A stretch of DNA of 34,301 bases from a virus. Taxonomy: Duplodnaviria; Caudoviricetes. This document shows, piece after piece, positions 1 through 9,569 of the stretch. Position 1 is the stretch's first letter; the number at the start of each line of letters is the position of its first letter. The notes beneath the pieces are model-generated. The model was given only the letters and a program-made list of their open reading frames with translations, was not told where the DNA came from and searched no databases. Location: positions 1 through 34,301 of the IMG/VR virus record IMGVR_UViG_3300029822_000044; one strand, 5' to 3'. A program made the translations under genes and the position numbers.

Positions 1-293
1 CCGAAGCCCTGGAAGAAGAACGCAACGGGAACCCCGACGTCTGGTTCGCTTGTAACGAGAGCGACAACTTTATTTGCACCCCACAAGACGAAACCGAATG
101 TCTTATGTACGGCAAAGAAAGCCTTTGCAAGTACAGAAGTAGAAAGCCCGAAGGCGTGGCCGTCGAACTGGCTGACGCCGTGATCAGGATCGCGGACCTT
201 TGCGGATACCTGGGGATTGACCTTGAAAAAGCAATCGCCGAAAAAATGGCCTACAATGAAACCCGTCCATATAAACACGGGAAACAGTTTTAA
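1..293 (+). CDS. MazG-like nucleotide pyrophosphohydrolase, 3' part (continues from 34190-34301 across the circular junction)
   Basis: Frame open from base 3 (EALEEERNG...) to TAA at 293. Contains ELADAVIRIADLCGYLGIDLEKAIAEKMAYNETRPYKHGK. Joined to the window end it gives IALIHSELSEALEE, a 134-aa MazG-type protein. Confidence 0.8.
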   Translation, partial: EALEEERNGNPDVWFACNESDNFICTPQDETECLMYGKESLCKYRSRKPEGVAVELADAVIRIADLCGYLGIDLEKAIAEKMAYNETRPYKHGKQF

Positions 294-433
294 CACCCAG
301 CCAGACGCACCAGGACGGCACAGGAGCGACGAAAACGCGAAAAAGGTATAAATACCCTATGAAGATAAAAACGCGCCGAAATGGGCCGAAATTTTCGTTC
401 TGGTGATAAATAAAAATGTTAAGGAGGAATCAC

Positions 434-634
434 ATGAATCAATGTCAACTTATGGGACGCCTTGTAAGGGACCCAGAACTTCGATATACACAGAACGGAA
501 CAGCCGTGGCTTCGTTCACGCTGGCCGTTGACAGGCGCTTCAACAGGGACAAGGCCGACTTCATAAAGGTTAAAGACTATGCCGAAGGGAGGGAAACGAC
601 GTGGACACAGAAGAAAGAATCCGGAAAAACATAG
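434..634 (+). pseudogene. ssb: Truncated single-stranded DNA-binding protein (N-terminal ~44 aa fused to an unrelated tail)
   Basis: AAGGAGG RBS, then [44 protein letters not shown], a typical SSB OB-fold start. Similarity stops near 565. The rest of the OB fold and the acidic tail are absent. Confidence 0.8.
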
Positions 635-1110
635 AAGACATACTACAAAATCACGCCCAGGAGATCAAAACAATCGAAGCACAGATCGACCTGGAAAAGG
701 CAACGCTGGAAGCAGACCTGGAAGAAATACGGGCCAGGGTATTTCCGTCGGTGAGATATGACACGGTCCGCGTTCAATCCTCAGCCGATCCGGACGCGAA
801 AATGATCCGCATGATGGAAGCTATTGAAAGGCGCCAAAAGAGATCAGAACGGGCGATCGCACCGCTGGAAGAAAGAAAATGGCAGATTGAAGCAGTATAT
901 CAGCACGTCCTTTGTCTGGACGCAAAATCGAAATGTGTCCTTCTGACCCTATACTATCCACGCCGCACATACGAAGAAGCGGCCGAAGTTCTGGACGTTG
1001 ATGTTTCAACTATAACCAAAAGAAGGAAGGTGGCCATTAAAAAACTTACTAATCGGATAGCAGTTGATAGCGGTTGCGTAAAAAAGAAGTCAGGCGATAG
1101 AAAACGCTAA
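601..1110 (+). CDS. Late transcriptional regulator (ArpU/RinA-like, C-terminal HTH)
   Basis: GTG start with GGAGG RBS; C-terminal [38 protein letters not shown]; sits directly upstream of terS. Confidence 0.65.
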   Translation: MDTEERIRKNIEDILQNHAQEIKTIEAQIDLEKATLEADLEEIRARVFPSVRYDTVRVQSSADPDAKMIRMMEAIERRQKRSERAIAPLEERKWQIEAVYQHVLCLDAKSKCVLLTLYYPRRTYEEAAEVLDVDVSTITKRRKVAIKKLTNRIAVDSGCVKKKSGDRKR

Positions 1111-1270
1111 AAACATAATGCAATCGCGAGCATTATATTGAGTACGCGAAAAAAATATAACAAACGCGAACGACTATTACCATGTGGTCACTTGTAGATA
1201 ATACTTTCATATGTGAGAATGGTATCGGGGAATAACCAGTTCCCTCCTCCTCTTTTCTATAAAGGACACG

Positions 1271-1300
1271 GAAAAGACGTCTTATTCAGGCGTCTTTTTC
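1271..1300 (+). terminator. Stem-loop with T-tract upstream of terS
   Basis: AAAAGACGTC-TTATTCA-GGCGTCTTTT inverted repeat (one G-U pair) ending in a T run. Confidence 0.45.
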
Positions 1301-1344
1301 TGTTGTCCGCGAAAAAATAACAAAAGAAAGGTCGGTGAAGAATC

Positions 1345-1845
1345 GTGGCAAAGCTGACAGAGAAGCAAAAACGCTTTATAGAAGAATACCTGATCGACCT
1401 GAACGCGACACAAGCCGCGATTCGGGCCGGATATAGTCCAAATAGCGCAAGGGATATAGGAAGTGAAAACCTAACAAAACCCGACATTCGCGCGCGTATA
1501 GACGAAGCCCTGGCTGAACGATCAAAGCGAACCGGGATCAATGCTGATCGCGTCCTTCGTGAGATCGCAAGGATCGCCTTCGTGAATGCGGCCGACGTCA
1601 TAAACTTCGACAGCGCAACCATAGCGGAAGGCGCTTCCACTGACGACACGGCGGCCATATCTTCCGTAAAGGTCAAGACCATTCCCACAAAGGACGGCGA
1701 AGGCGTCGAACGCGAAATCCGCCTGTGTGATAAGTTAAAGGCCCTTGAACTTTGCGGAAAGCACCTGGGAATGTTCAAGGACAACCCAGAAGCGAATGTC
1801 CCTGTTACGGTGGTGATCAATTATGACTATGGCGGCGAGGATTGA
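1345..1845 (+). CDS. terS: Terminase small subunit
   Basis: LTEKQKRFIEEYLIDLNATQAAIRAGYS...GSENLTKP and KLKALELCGKHLGMF, Terminase_2-type motifs. Confidence 0.95.
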   Translation: MAKLTEKQKRFIEEYLIDLNATQAAIRAGYSPNSARDIGSENLTKPDIRARIDEALAERSKRTGINADRVLREIARIAFVNAADVINFDSATIAEGASTDDTAAISSVKVKTIPTKDGEGVEREIRLCDKLKALELCGKHLGMFKDNPEANVPVTVVINYDYGGED

Positions 1846-3094
1846 AGTCAGGTCGACGGCACAGTTTAACCCGATATTCCGCGTCGTCAACGAGAGCCGC
1901 GCCAGATACCGAATATTGAAAGGATCAGCCGGTTCCGGAAAGTCGGTCAACGTCGCCCAGGACTATATCGCGAAGCTGTCCGATCCATATTACGCAGGCG
2001 CGAACCTTCTTGTCGTTCGTAAGATTGAGGAAACGAACCGCGACAGTACATTCGCCGAGTTACAGGCGGCCATATACCGAATGTTCGGTCCCTATTCCGA
2101 CCGCTTCTGGAAGGTCAACCTGAATCCGCTGGCCCTGGAATGCAAAATCACAGGTAATAAGATCATCTTTCGCGGCGTCAAGGATCAAAGACAGCGTGAA
2201 AAGGTTAAGTCTATAACCTTCAAAAAAGGGAAGCTGACCTGGATATGGATTGAGGAAGCCACGGAACTTCTTTCCGAAGATGTTGACATTCTGGACGACC
2301 GTCTTCGTGGTGATTTGTCAGAAATAAACCCGAATCTGTACTATCAGATCACAATGACCTTCAACCCCGTCAGCGCGACGCACTGGATCAAGGCAAGATA
2401 TTTCGACAAGAGCGATCCGGACGTCCTGACGCACCATTCCACATATAAAACGAACCGCTTTATTGACGCCGGTTATTTCCGCCGTATGGAGCGCAGAGCC
2501 ATAGAAGACCCGGAAGGTTATCGTGTTTATGGTCTTGGTGAATGGGGCGAACTTGGCGGCCTGATCCTGACGAATTTCGAAGTCCATTCCTTCCCTACTA
2601 CGCGCGACAACTTCGACGCGTTTTATTATGGCCAGGACTTCGGCTTCAACCACGCGAACGCGATCCTGGGCGTCGGGCAAAGGGACGGCGAACTGTATAT
2701 CTGTTCGGAAGTTTATTGCTTCGAAAAGGACACGGAAGAAATTATCAGCCTGGCCAGGTCGGCAAAGGTTGACCCGCGCGTGGAAATGTTTTGCGATTCG
2801 GCAGAGCCGGACAGGATCAAGACCTGGCAGAAAGCCGGGTTCAGGGCCTACCCAGTGAAGAAGGAACAAGGAAGCGTCAAAGCACAGATCGACTTCCTGA
2901 AAGGCCGCAAGATACACATTCACCCTTCTTGCGTGAACACCCTGAAAGAGATTCAACAATGGAAATGGAAAAAGGACCCGACGACGGGCCTGTATATAGA
3001 CGAACCGGTGGAATTCATGGACGACGCAATGGCGGCGCTTCGTTATTCCGTCGAAAGAATTCGTCGCGGTTCAGCTATCGAAGTTTTGAAGTGA
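1823..3094 (+). CDS. terL: Terminase large subunit, PBSX family
   Basis: Walker A GSAGSGKS, Walker B WIWIEEATE, TFNP motif, nuclease GQDFGFNH and DDAMAALRY. Exact start uncertain. Confidence 0.95.
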   Translation: MTMAARIEVRSTAQFNPIFRVVNESRARYRILKGSAGSGKSVNVAQDYIAKLSDPYYAGANLLVVRKIEETNRDSTFAELQAAIYRMFGPYSDRFWKVNLNPLALECKITGNKIIFRGVKDQRQREKVKSITFKKGKLTWIWIEEATELLSEDVDILDDRLRGDLSEINPNLYYQITMTFNPVSATHWIKARYFDKSDPDVLTHHSTYKTNRFIDAGYFRRMERRAIEDPEGYRVYGLGEWGELGGLILTNFEVHSFPTTRDNFDAFYYGQDFGFNHANAILGVGQRDGELYICSEVYCFEKDTEEIISLARSAKVDPRVEMFCDSAEPDRIKTWQKAGFRAYPVKKEQGSVKAQIDFLKGRKIHIHPSCVNTLKEIQQWKWKKDPTTGLYIDEPVEFMDDAMAALRYSVERIRRGSAIEVLK

Positions 3095-3105
3095 GGTGAA
3101 AAAGC

Positions 3106-4596
3106 ATGGCAGAATTAACCGTTATGGATCGGATCAACATGATCCTGAACGATCCGAAAAAAACGCCTATGACGCTGGCCCAGATCGTCGGCGAGGAAAT
3201 AAAGGAATTCAAGGCTTCCGAGCAATACAGAATTATGGTTGAAGCTGAACAGTATTACAGGAACCGGTCTGACGTCCAGAGGAAAACAAATGACGTCGCC
3301 AATCGTTCGAACTGTAAAATCGAACACCCGATTCTGAAAAAGCTGGTTGACCAGAAAGCGCAATATCTTCTGTCAAAGCCCTGGACCGTTGACACCGGAA
3401 ATAAAAAGTACGGCGACGCCCTGAACGAAATCTTCGACCCTACATTCAGGCGCAAGATTAAAAGTCTGGGGAAAGGCGCTGTCAAGTCAGGCATAGCCTA
3501 CATACAGCCCTATTTCGATAACGGGAAGCTGGCCTTCATGCGTATTCCTTCGACAGAAGTGATTCCTTTATGGAGCGACGCAGAGCGAACAAAAATGGAC
3601 GCCTTCATTCGTTTCTATGACCAGATAATTTATGTCGGGAACAGGAAGCAGACAATCACACACGCGGAATTCTGGTATTCTGGCGGCGTGAAATGGTTCA
3701 AGACTGACGGATTCGGGGGAACTGGAGCAAACGACTTCCACGTCGACAAGGACCACGGCGACGAATCAAACGACTACACGGAAAGCCATTTTGTCGTTGG
3801 TAACAAGGCTTACAACTGGGAAGAAGTCCCGATCGCCTGGCTGAAATACAACGAAGAAGAACTTCCCCTTTGCTATTTCATAAAGGACTTGATCGACGAC
3901 ATAAACTGGCAGACGTCAGTGACGGCCGACGTCCTTCGTGACGTGACAAAATTCATTTATATCCTGAAAAACTACGGCGGCCAGGACCTGGGCGAGTTCT
4001 TGAAGGATTTGAAGGAACACATGGCGATCAAAGTCACATCTGACGGCGGCGTTGATAAATTACAGGCTGACCTGAACATCGACGCTGTCATGGCCTTCCT
4101 GGATAACGAGCGGCGCGACATTTACGACTTTGCGGCCGCCGTGGACACAAAGGACCCTGACCTGGGGAACGCCAGCGGAACGGCGATCAACTTCCGTTAT
4201 ATGGATCTGGACGCCGACTGTGAATCCTTGGGGGCTGAACTGAAAGACACCTTCCAGCGCCTGAAACTGTTCATTGACGTCTATCTTCAATTAACAGGGA
4301 AGGGCGACTTCACGAACGAGCAGTTCGACATTATCTTCAATATGGATATGCCTGTCAACGAAACCGACGTGATCACCAACGTCCGCAACAGCGAAGGGAT
4401 CATTTCGAAGCGTACACAGCTTCAAAATCACCCGTGGGTTCAGGACGTCGAAGAAGAACTTTCCTGGATTGAGGAAGAAAAGAAAAAGGCTATGGAGGAA
4501 TTCGGGAACGGCCTATTCGACGACGCGCTGGGCGCTAATGCCGGAGCCGACACAGGCGACGACAAGAACGGCGGTGGCGTAAATGAAGAACAGTAA
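3106..4596 (+). CDS. Portal protein, SPP1 gp6-like
   Basis: 496 aa after terL; KKLVDQKAQYLL, GNASGTAINFRY and ISKRTQLQNHPWV motifs; acidic tail. Confidence 0.9.
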   Translation: MAELTVMDRINMILNDPKKTPMTLAQIVGEEIKEFKASEQYRIMVEAEQYYRNRSDVQRKTNDVANRSNCKIEHPILKKLVDQKAQYLLSKPWTVDTGNKKYGDALNEIFDPTFRRKIKSLGKGAVKSGIAYIQPYFDNGKLAFMRIPSTEVIPLWSDAERTKMDAFIRFYDQIIYVGNRKQTITHAEFWYSGGVKWFKTDGFGGTGANDFHVDKDHGDESNDYTESHFVVGNKAYNWEEVPIAWLKYNEEELPLCYFIKDLIDDINWQTSVTADVLRDVTKFIYILKNYGGQDLGEFLKDLKEHMAIKVTSDGGVDKLQADLNIDAVMAFLDNERRDIYDFAAAVDTKDPDLGNASGTAINFRYMDLDADCESLGAELKDTFQRLKLFIDVYLQLTGKGDFTNEQFDIIFNMDMPVNETDVITNVRNSEGIISKRTQLQNHPWVQDVEEELSWIEEEKKKAMEEFGNGLFDDALGANAGADTGDDKNGGGVNEEQ

Positions 4597-5650
4597 ACAA
4601 TACTGGTTAGAACGCGCCTTGACACGCGAAAATGAAGCCTACCTTCGCGGGGCCGCCCTTTCGGCGAAGACCTTCACTGAATATCAGCGCGCGGCGAAGT
4701 CTATCCGGAAGGAAATCAATGACTTCTATTCCAGGTATGCCGGCAAGTACGGTCTGACATACGAACAGGCCGTCCGCCTTCTGAATCGGAAGGAATTCCA
4801 GGAATGGAAGTCAAGCCTGGCGGAATACGTCACCAGGATCGCACAGGAACCCGATCCGCGCATTAAGGCACTATTGACGGCACAGCTTGACGCATTATCG
4901 GCCAATAGTTCTATAACGCGCCTTGAAGCCCTACACAGCCAGATCGACATGATCCTGAATGACCTGTTCACAAAAGGCGTCCAGCAAATGAAAGAAGAAT
5001 TCGGCGACAACTTCACCGAAAGCTATTATCGCAAGGTGTACGACATTCAATGCCGCGCCGGCTTTCTGAATGAATTTGCAAAGATCAACGCCGGAATGAT
5101 TGAAAACGTCGTTTCTTATCCCTGGTCCGGCGCCATGTTTTCGGATCGGCTGTGGCAGAACAAACAGGCCCTTCTGTTCAACCTTCGGGAGATCACAACC
5201 CAGGGATTGATCCAGGGAAAGGGAATCGTGGCCATGTCGAAGGAAATATCCGAAAAAATGGGCCAGTCCTACAAGAACGCTGAACGGCTTATCAGGACAG
5301 AAACGAATCACCTTCACAACGAAGCAGAAAAGGCCGCATATAAGGCCGCCGGCGTGAAGGAATATGAATTCGTCGCAACCCTGGACAGCCGCACAAGCGC
5401 GGTCTGCGCCGATCTGGACGGGAAACACTTCCCCCTTTCGGAAGCACGTCCGGGAACCAATTTTCCACCTATGCACCCGAATTGCAGATCGACGACGATC
5501 GAATATGATCCGGACGACGCGCTGGACTGGTTCAATTCCGGAAAGAAAATGCCGAAGAACATGACTTATTCCGAATGGGCCGAAGCCAACGGCATAAAGC
5601 GGAAGAAATCATCTGATAGCAAACGAAATCAAGTGATAACTGTTGATTAA
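4583..5650 (+). CDS. Minor head morphogenesis protein (SPP1 gp7 / Mu F family)
   Basis: AERLIRTE, ATLDSRTSAVCADLDGK and PPMHPNCRST motifs. Confidence 0.92.
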   Translation: MKNSKQYWLERALTRENEAYLRGAALSAKTFTEYQRAAKSIRKEINDFYSRYAGKYGLTYEQAVRLLNRKEFQEWKSSLAEYVTRIAQEPDPRIKALLTAQLDALSANSSITRLEALHSQIDMILNDLFTKGVQQMKEEFGDNFTESYYRKVYDIQCRAGFLNEFAKINAGMIENVVSYPWSGAMFSDRLWQNKQALLFNLREITTQGLIQGKGIVAMSKEISEKMGQSYKNAERLIRTETNHLHNEAEKAAYKAAGVKEYEFVATLDSRTSAVCADLDGKHFPLSEARPGTNFPPMHPNCRSTTIEYDPDDALDWFNSGKKMPKNMTYSEWAEANGIKRKKSSDSKRNQVITVD

Positions 5651-5671
5651 ACGCCTTCACGGGCGTTTTTT
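5649..5671 (+). terminator. Rho-independent terminator-like hairpin
   Basis: AAACGCCT-TCAC-GGGCGTTT followed by Ts, immediately after the minor head stop. Confidence 0.6.
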
Positions 5672-5761
5672 CATATACATAATACGCCGCTTCCGTCCGG
5701 CGAACAGGCGGAACCGCAAAGCGTGTGGAAGTCACGTTAAATACAGCGGGAAGAAAGGAGA

Positions 5762-6355
5762 ATGTCAACCATGATCCACGAAAGCATTAAAGCAATCCTG
5801 GGGGAAGACCTTACAAAACAGGTCGAAACAGCACTGAAAGGCAAGGGCAAAGACGGAAAGGACGTCGATCTGGTGGTCGGCAACGACGGAACATTCGTAC
5901 CGGCTGACAAATTTGACGCCTTGAAGAATCAGTCCACAAGCGCAGAAAAAGCACTGAAAGCCGCCGCTGACGCATTAAAAGCGATCGGTGGTTCAGGTGA
6001 TCCGGCGAAGATCGCCGAGGACGTGAAGACCGCCCAGGAAACGATCAACACCCTTCAAACGAACCACGCGACAGAGATCAAGAAAATCCAGAAGAACACA
6101 GCGTTGAAAATGGCGCTTGCTGGCCAGGTATATGATCCGGCCGACATTATTTCACTTCTGGACCTTGAAAAAATCGACGTGGACGATTCCGGAAACCTGA
6201 AAACTGACCTTGACGGCCTTTTGAAGCCTATCAAGGAAACAAAGTCATATCTGTTCAAGACACAGGATCAGAATCCGGACATTAAGGGAGCAAAACCGGC
6301 CGAGCCTGGCGCGCCCCCTAAAACCAGTACACAGGGTGGACCTGTGATCTTCTAA
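5762..6355 (+). CDS. Capsid scaffolding protein (phage GP20-like)
   Basis: FVPADKF, coiled-coil middle, LLDLEKI...LKPIKETKSYLF, Pro-rich tail; directly upstream of the capsid gene. Confidence 0.8.
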   Translation: MSTMIHESIKAILGEDLTKQVETALKGKGKDGKDVDLVVGNDGTFVPADKFDALKNQSTSAEKALKAAADALKAIGGSGDPAKIAEDVKTAQETINTLQTNHATEIKKIQKNTALKMALAGQVYDPADIISLLDLEKIDVDDSGNLKTDLDGLLKPIKETKSYLFKTQDQNPDIKGAKPAEPGAPPKTSTQGGPVIF

Positions 6356-6388
6356 CCAAAACTAACACAAAGAAAGGAATGATTTTCA

Positions 6389-7234
6389 ATGGCAAGAACC
6401 AACGCGATCAGCCTTATCAATGCAGGAACATTGAAGGCTGAACTGAAAGAACTTTATGGATATGTGATCGAGAACGTCCAGAAGAATACCCTGTCTTCCG
6501 GCCTGAAATCCCAGGCTTACACCGGCAATCCTGCCGCTGGATCAGTGGAATTCAGACGTTTCAAGAACAGCATTTCCAAAAACTACGGAACCGCAAGGGC
6601 GGCCGGAAAAGGTGACGCAATCACCGCACCGCCTACCCCTGTAAACTTGTCTGTTCACAAAGAGATCGTCGAGGAATGCGCGAAGTTTGACCTTGACACC
6701 TTCGGCGTGGGCGGCATTATGGCAAGACGTGTTGACGATCATATCAGAACTATGGTCAGTGAACTTGACGTCGCATTCTTCGCGGCCGCGTTTGCCGCTG
6801 GTGGCGGAACTGCTTTCACTACCGCAGAAACAGACCTGGATAAAATTCTGGAAGCCTATATCCAGACCCTTGAAACCGTGAAGAACGACTATGTTCGCGG
6901 CGTACCCCGTGAAATTATGAATATGGTTTGTTCCCCTGCCTTCTATGGCAAGATCAGGGACCTTCTGGACGCAAAGCCTAATCCAAACGTGGATACAGCG
7001 GCCGAATCCTTCGGTGTATATCACGGTGTCAGGGTTTATTCTTCAATCAATATCCCGACAGGCCAGAACGCCGTCCTGATGATCGACGGAGCAATCGCCC
7101 AGCCGGTTGTGTCCTATCCTTACACCGAGCCGGAAAAGATTCCGCTGTCCAATGACTACGGCGTTTCCTTGTTCTACGACTATGGAACGGCTGTTCTTAC
7201 CCCTGACCTTGTATTCACCTACGCCGCAGTATAA
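6389..7234 (+). CDS. Major capsid protein
   Basis: 281 aa after the scaffold gene, strong RBS, GVYHGVRVYSSINIP and FYDYGTAVL HK97-fold-like segments. Confidence 0.8.
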   Translation: MARTNAISLINAGTLKAELKELYGYVIENVQKNTLSSGLKSQAYTGNPAAGSVEFRRFKNSISKNYGTARAAGKGDAITAPPTPVNLSVHKEIVEECAKFDLDTFGVGGIMARRVDDHIRTMVSELDVAFFAAAFAAGGGTAFTTAETDLDKILEAYIQTLETVKNDYVRGVPREIMNMVCSPAFYGKIRDLLDAKPNPNVDTAAESFGVYHGVRVYSSINIPTGQNAVLMIDGAIAQPVVSYPYTEPEKIPLSNDYGVSLFYDYGTAVLTPDLVFTYAAV

Positions 7235-7249
7235 GAAAGGCGGTGACTG

Positions 7250-7498
7250 GTGATGAAATTCAGGAATAAGGAAACCAGTGTAATCCTGGAACCGAGAAGC
7301 GCAGTCGTTGAAAACCAGCTTCGTAATTCGCCGTTATATGAAGAATACCAGGAAAAAGCCGTCAGTGAGGAAAAACCGCTGGAAAGAATGAACAAGTCTG
7401 AACTTCTGGCCCTGGCGGCACAGATCGGCGTTCAGGCCACAGAAAAGGCCACAAACGCCGAAATCATAGCTTTAATCAAGGCGGCGCGCGGTCAGTAA
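7250..7498 (+). CDS. Small head-region protein with C-terminal HeH/Rho-N-like helical motif
   Basis: LERMNKSELLALAAQIGVQATEKATNAEIIALI; position after the capsid gene. Confidence 0.55.
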   Translation: MMKFRNKETSVILEPRSAVVENQLRNSPLYEEYQEKAVSEEKPLERMNKSELLALAAQIGVQATEKATNAEIIALIKAARGQ

Positions 7499-7516
7499 TG
7501 GCGGCGCCCTGAAAAG

Positions 7517-7981
7517 GTGGTGAATGGTGTGTTACAACAGATACTTGATTCCCTGGAAGGCTTGACTGACCTTGAAAAGAATGATCTTCTTCGGGTCCTT
7601 ATGTCACCAACATATTCCAGGCTTGAAAAGGTCAAGTCCCTTCTTGGAATCACAGGCACGGATCAGGACGGAATTCTGGAATTCGTCATTCAGGCGATCG
7701 AAGAAATGGTCCTATCATACACCGGTCAGGACACGCTTCCGGCGCCCCTTGAAAAAGTCCTTGTCGTCATGGCTGTCAGCTACTATAAAAGCGCCGGCCT
7801 GGGCGATACTTCGGCCGCTGTCGGTCCAGTTGCGTCCGTTAAGCGCGGCGACGTTACAACGTCATTTGCGACTTCTTCGGGCGCTTCCGGATCAGCTTCA
7901 ACCTTCAACCTGGGGCAAGACGGCGGCGACTTCTTCGGCTGGAAGACAGTCCTGAACGAATATCGGAAATTAAGGTGGTGA
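7517..7981 (+). CDS. Head-tail connector (gp15/gp6-like adaptor)
   Basis: LEKVKSLLGI...D.ILEF...VLSYT...LP, SVKRGDVTTSF and LNEYRKLRW pattern; synteny. Confidence 0.8.
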   Translation: MVNGVLQQILDSLEGLTDLEKNDLLRVLMSPTYSRLEKVKSLLGITGTDQDGILEFVIQAIEEMVLSYTGQDTLPAPLEKVLVVMAVSYYKSAGLGDTSAAVGPVASVKRGDVTTSFATSSGASGSASTFNLGQDGGDFFGWKTVLNEYRKLRW

Positions 7982-7987
7982 TCAGAC

Positions 7988-8377
7988 ATGGGATTCGGAA
8001 ATCCTTCCGCAGAACGTGCGGCCATAGAACGAACCTATGAAGATACCGCCACAGTAACAAGAACAGCGCCACAGACAGGAGCGAACAATATAACGAAGTC
8101 CGTTCCTTCTGTGGTGTATTCTGCTATCATTTGCGCGCTTTCGCAATCAGGTTCCGACAAGAGCCAGCAAACGAAGGCGCAGAACAAAATCGAATATGAC
8201 GCCGTGATCTTCCTTCCCCCCACTCTTTCGATTCTTCCAGGGGATAAAATAGCCCTGAAAAGGTTCGGAAGGTATAGTCCGGACAGTCCGATCATTTACG
8301 ACTTTGAAGTTGTCGGCCGGCCGGCTGTATATCCAACACACCAGGAAGTCAAGGTCAAGGACGGTGATCTGTCGTGA
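7988..8377 (+). CDS. Head closure / head-tail joining protein (XkdH-like)
   Basis: Synteny; CALSQ, IFLPP...ILPGDKI and YPTHQEV motifs. Confidence 0.65.
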   Translation: MGFGNPSAERAAIERTYEDTATVTRTAPQTGANNITKSVPSVVYSAIICALSQSGSDKSQQTKAQNKIEYDAVIFLPPTLSILPGDKIALKRFGRYSPDSPIIYDFEVVGRPAVYPTHQEVKVKDGDLS

Positions 8378-8916
8378 GTGTTGACAACAGCGGTTTGATT
8401 GCCTTCCAGCAACAAATTGAAGCCTTGAAAAACGAAGTCCCTGACATCATGGAAGAATTGGTAATTGGTGAAGGCGTCTACGCGGCAAAGCAGGCGAAGC
8501 TGATCTGTAAAAACGACGTGCCTGACATTGTAAACAATGGCGATTATCGAAATAACTTTCATGCAGGGAATAAAGCCTTGATTCACAACGGGAACAAGGA
8601 ACACGACGGAAGCAAGCCGCAAAGATCGGGCAAATGGTACAGAATCGACGTTTATAATAACCTGGACTATGCGAAGCACCTTGAATATGGCTTCCGAAGT
8701 CACTTTGTACCTGGACACTGGTCCGGCCGTACTTTCGTTTACCAGAAAAACGATCCGAAAGGCGGAATGTATGTCGGACCATATAAAGGCTATGTCCGCG
8801 GTCACTTCACGCTTCGCAGAGCAATAAAGCGAACGAAGGACACCCAGGACGCACGACTGAACCGAAAAATCAACCGGATCATAAAAGAAAGGTTGACGCC
8901 TGGCGGGTCCGGTTAA
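8374..8916 (+). CDS. HK97 gp10-family neck protein
   Basis: NNLDYAKHLEYG and YVRGHFTL motifs. Confidence 0.8.
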   Translation: MSVDNSGLIAFQQQIEALKNEVPDIMEELVIGEGVYAAKQAKLICKNDVPDIVNNGDYRNNFHAGNKALIHNGNKEHDGSKPQRSGKWYRIDVYNNLDYAKHLEYGFRSHFVPGHWSGRTFVYQKNDPKGGMYVGPYKGYVRGHFTLRRAIKRTKDTQDARLNRKINRIIKERLTPGGSG

Positions 8917-8922
8917 GGAGGA

Positions 8923-9363
8923 ATGCGAATGACAGTGAATAACTTCATAGAAGCCATTGCTTCAAAACTGGCCGAACTGTGGCCAGACAGGAAGGTATTC
9001 GTTGACGAAATTCCAAAGGACGCAGACGGCAACTTCTTTGTCGGGGTCATTGAAACAAGCCAGGAAAAGAAACTGGACCGCCGAAGGACGCGATCATGTC
9101 AGTTCGAAGTCCTTTACTTCTTGAAGATAGACGATAATATGGCTTTCAACGACTGGGTCGAATCAATGTATGACAACTTTGAAGCCCTTGACGTTGATGA
9201 TTCTGAAACGGGGACGCGCCGGATTGCACTTTCGGGCCAGACAGCCAGGAAGGACGAAACGGGCGTCTTTCAGTTTGTCTTCGACGCAAATTTCAACTTC
9301 GTCCTGGCGCCTGAAATGATTGATCCTATGGAAAACCTTGACCAGAAGGAGGAATTGAAGTAA
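8923..9363 (+). CDS. Tail terminator/completion protein (XkdJ-like)
   Basis: Synteny before the sheath gene; size and pattern IEAIASKLAELWP...FEVLYF...MENL. Confidence 0.6.
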   Translation: MRMTVNNFIEAIASKLAELWPDRKVFVDEIPKDADGNFFVGVIETSQEKKLDRRRTRSCQFEVLYFLKIDDNMAFNDWVESMYDNFEALDVDDSETGTRRIALSGQTARKDETGVFQFVFDANFNFVLAPEMIDPMENLDQKEELK

Positions 9364-9563
9364 TGGTAACTAAAAAGAAAACCGCTCCACAGGAAGACCA
9401 GCCGACGGCGGCGGAACCCAGATTTACAAAGGAACAACTGGTCAAAAGCAAGGCTTTCAGCCAGCACAAGGACACCCTGAACGCTATCCTGGAAGCCGGC
9501 AAAACGTACACGAAAGAACAGGCCGAAAGGCTTGTTTCTGAATTTCTTGAAAGAAAGGTGTGA
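9363..9563 (+). CDS. Small pre-sheath hypothetical protein
   Basis: FTKEQLVKSKAF...DTLNAIL...KTYTKEQAERLVSEFL, the pattern usual for the small gene before XkdK-like sheaths. Confidence 0.65.
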   Translation: MVTKKKTAPQEDQPTAAEPRFTKEQLVKSKAFSQHKDTLNAILEAGKTYTKEQAERLVSEFLERKV

Positions 9564-9569
9564 TTCTAA

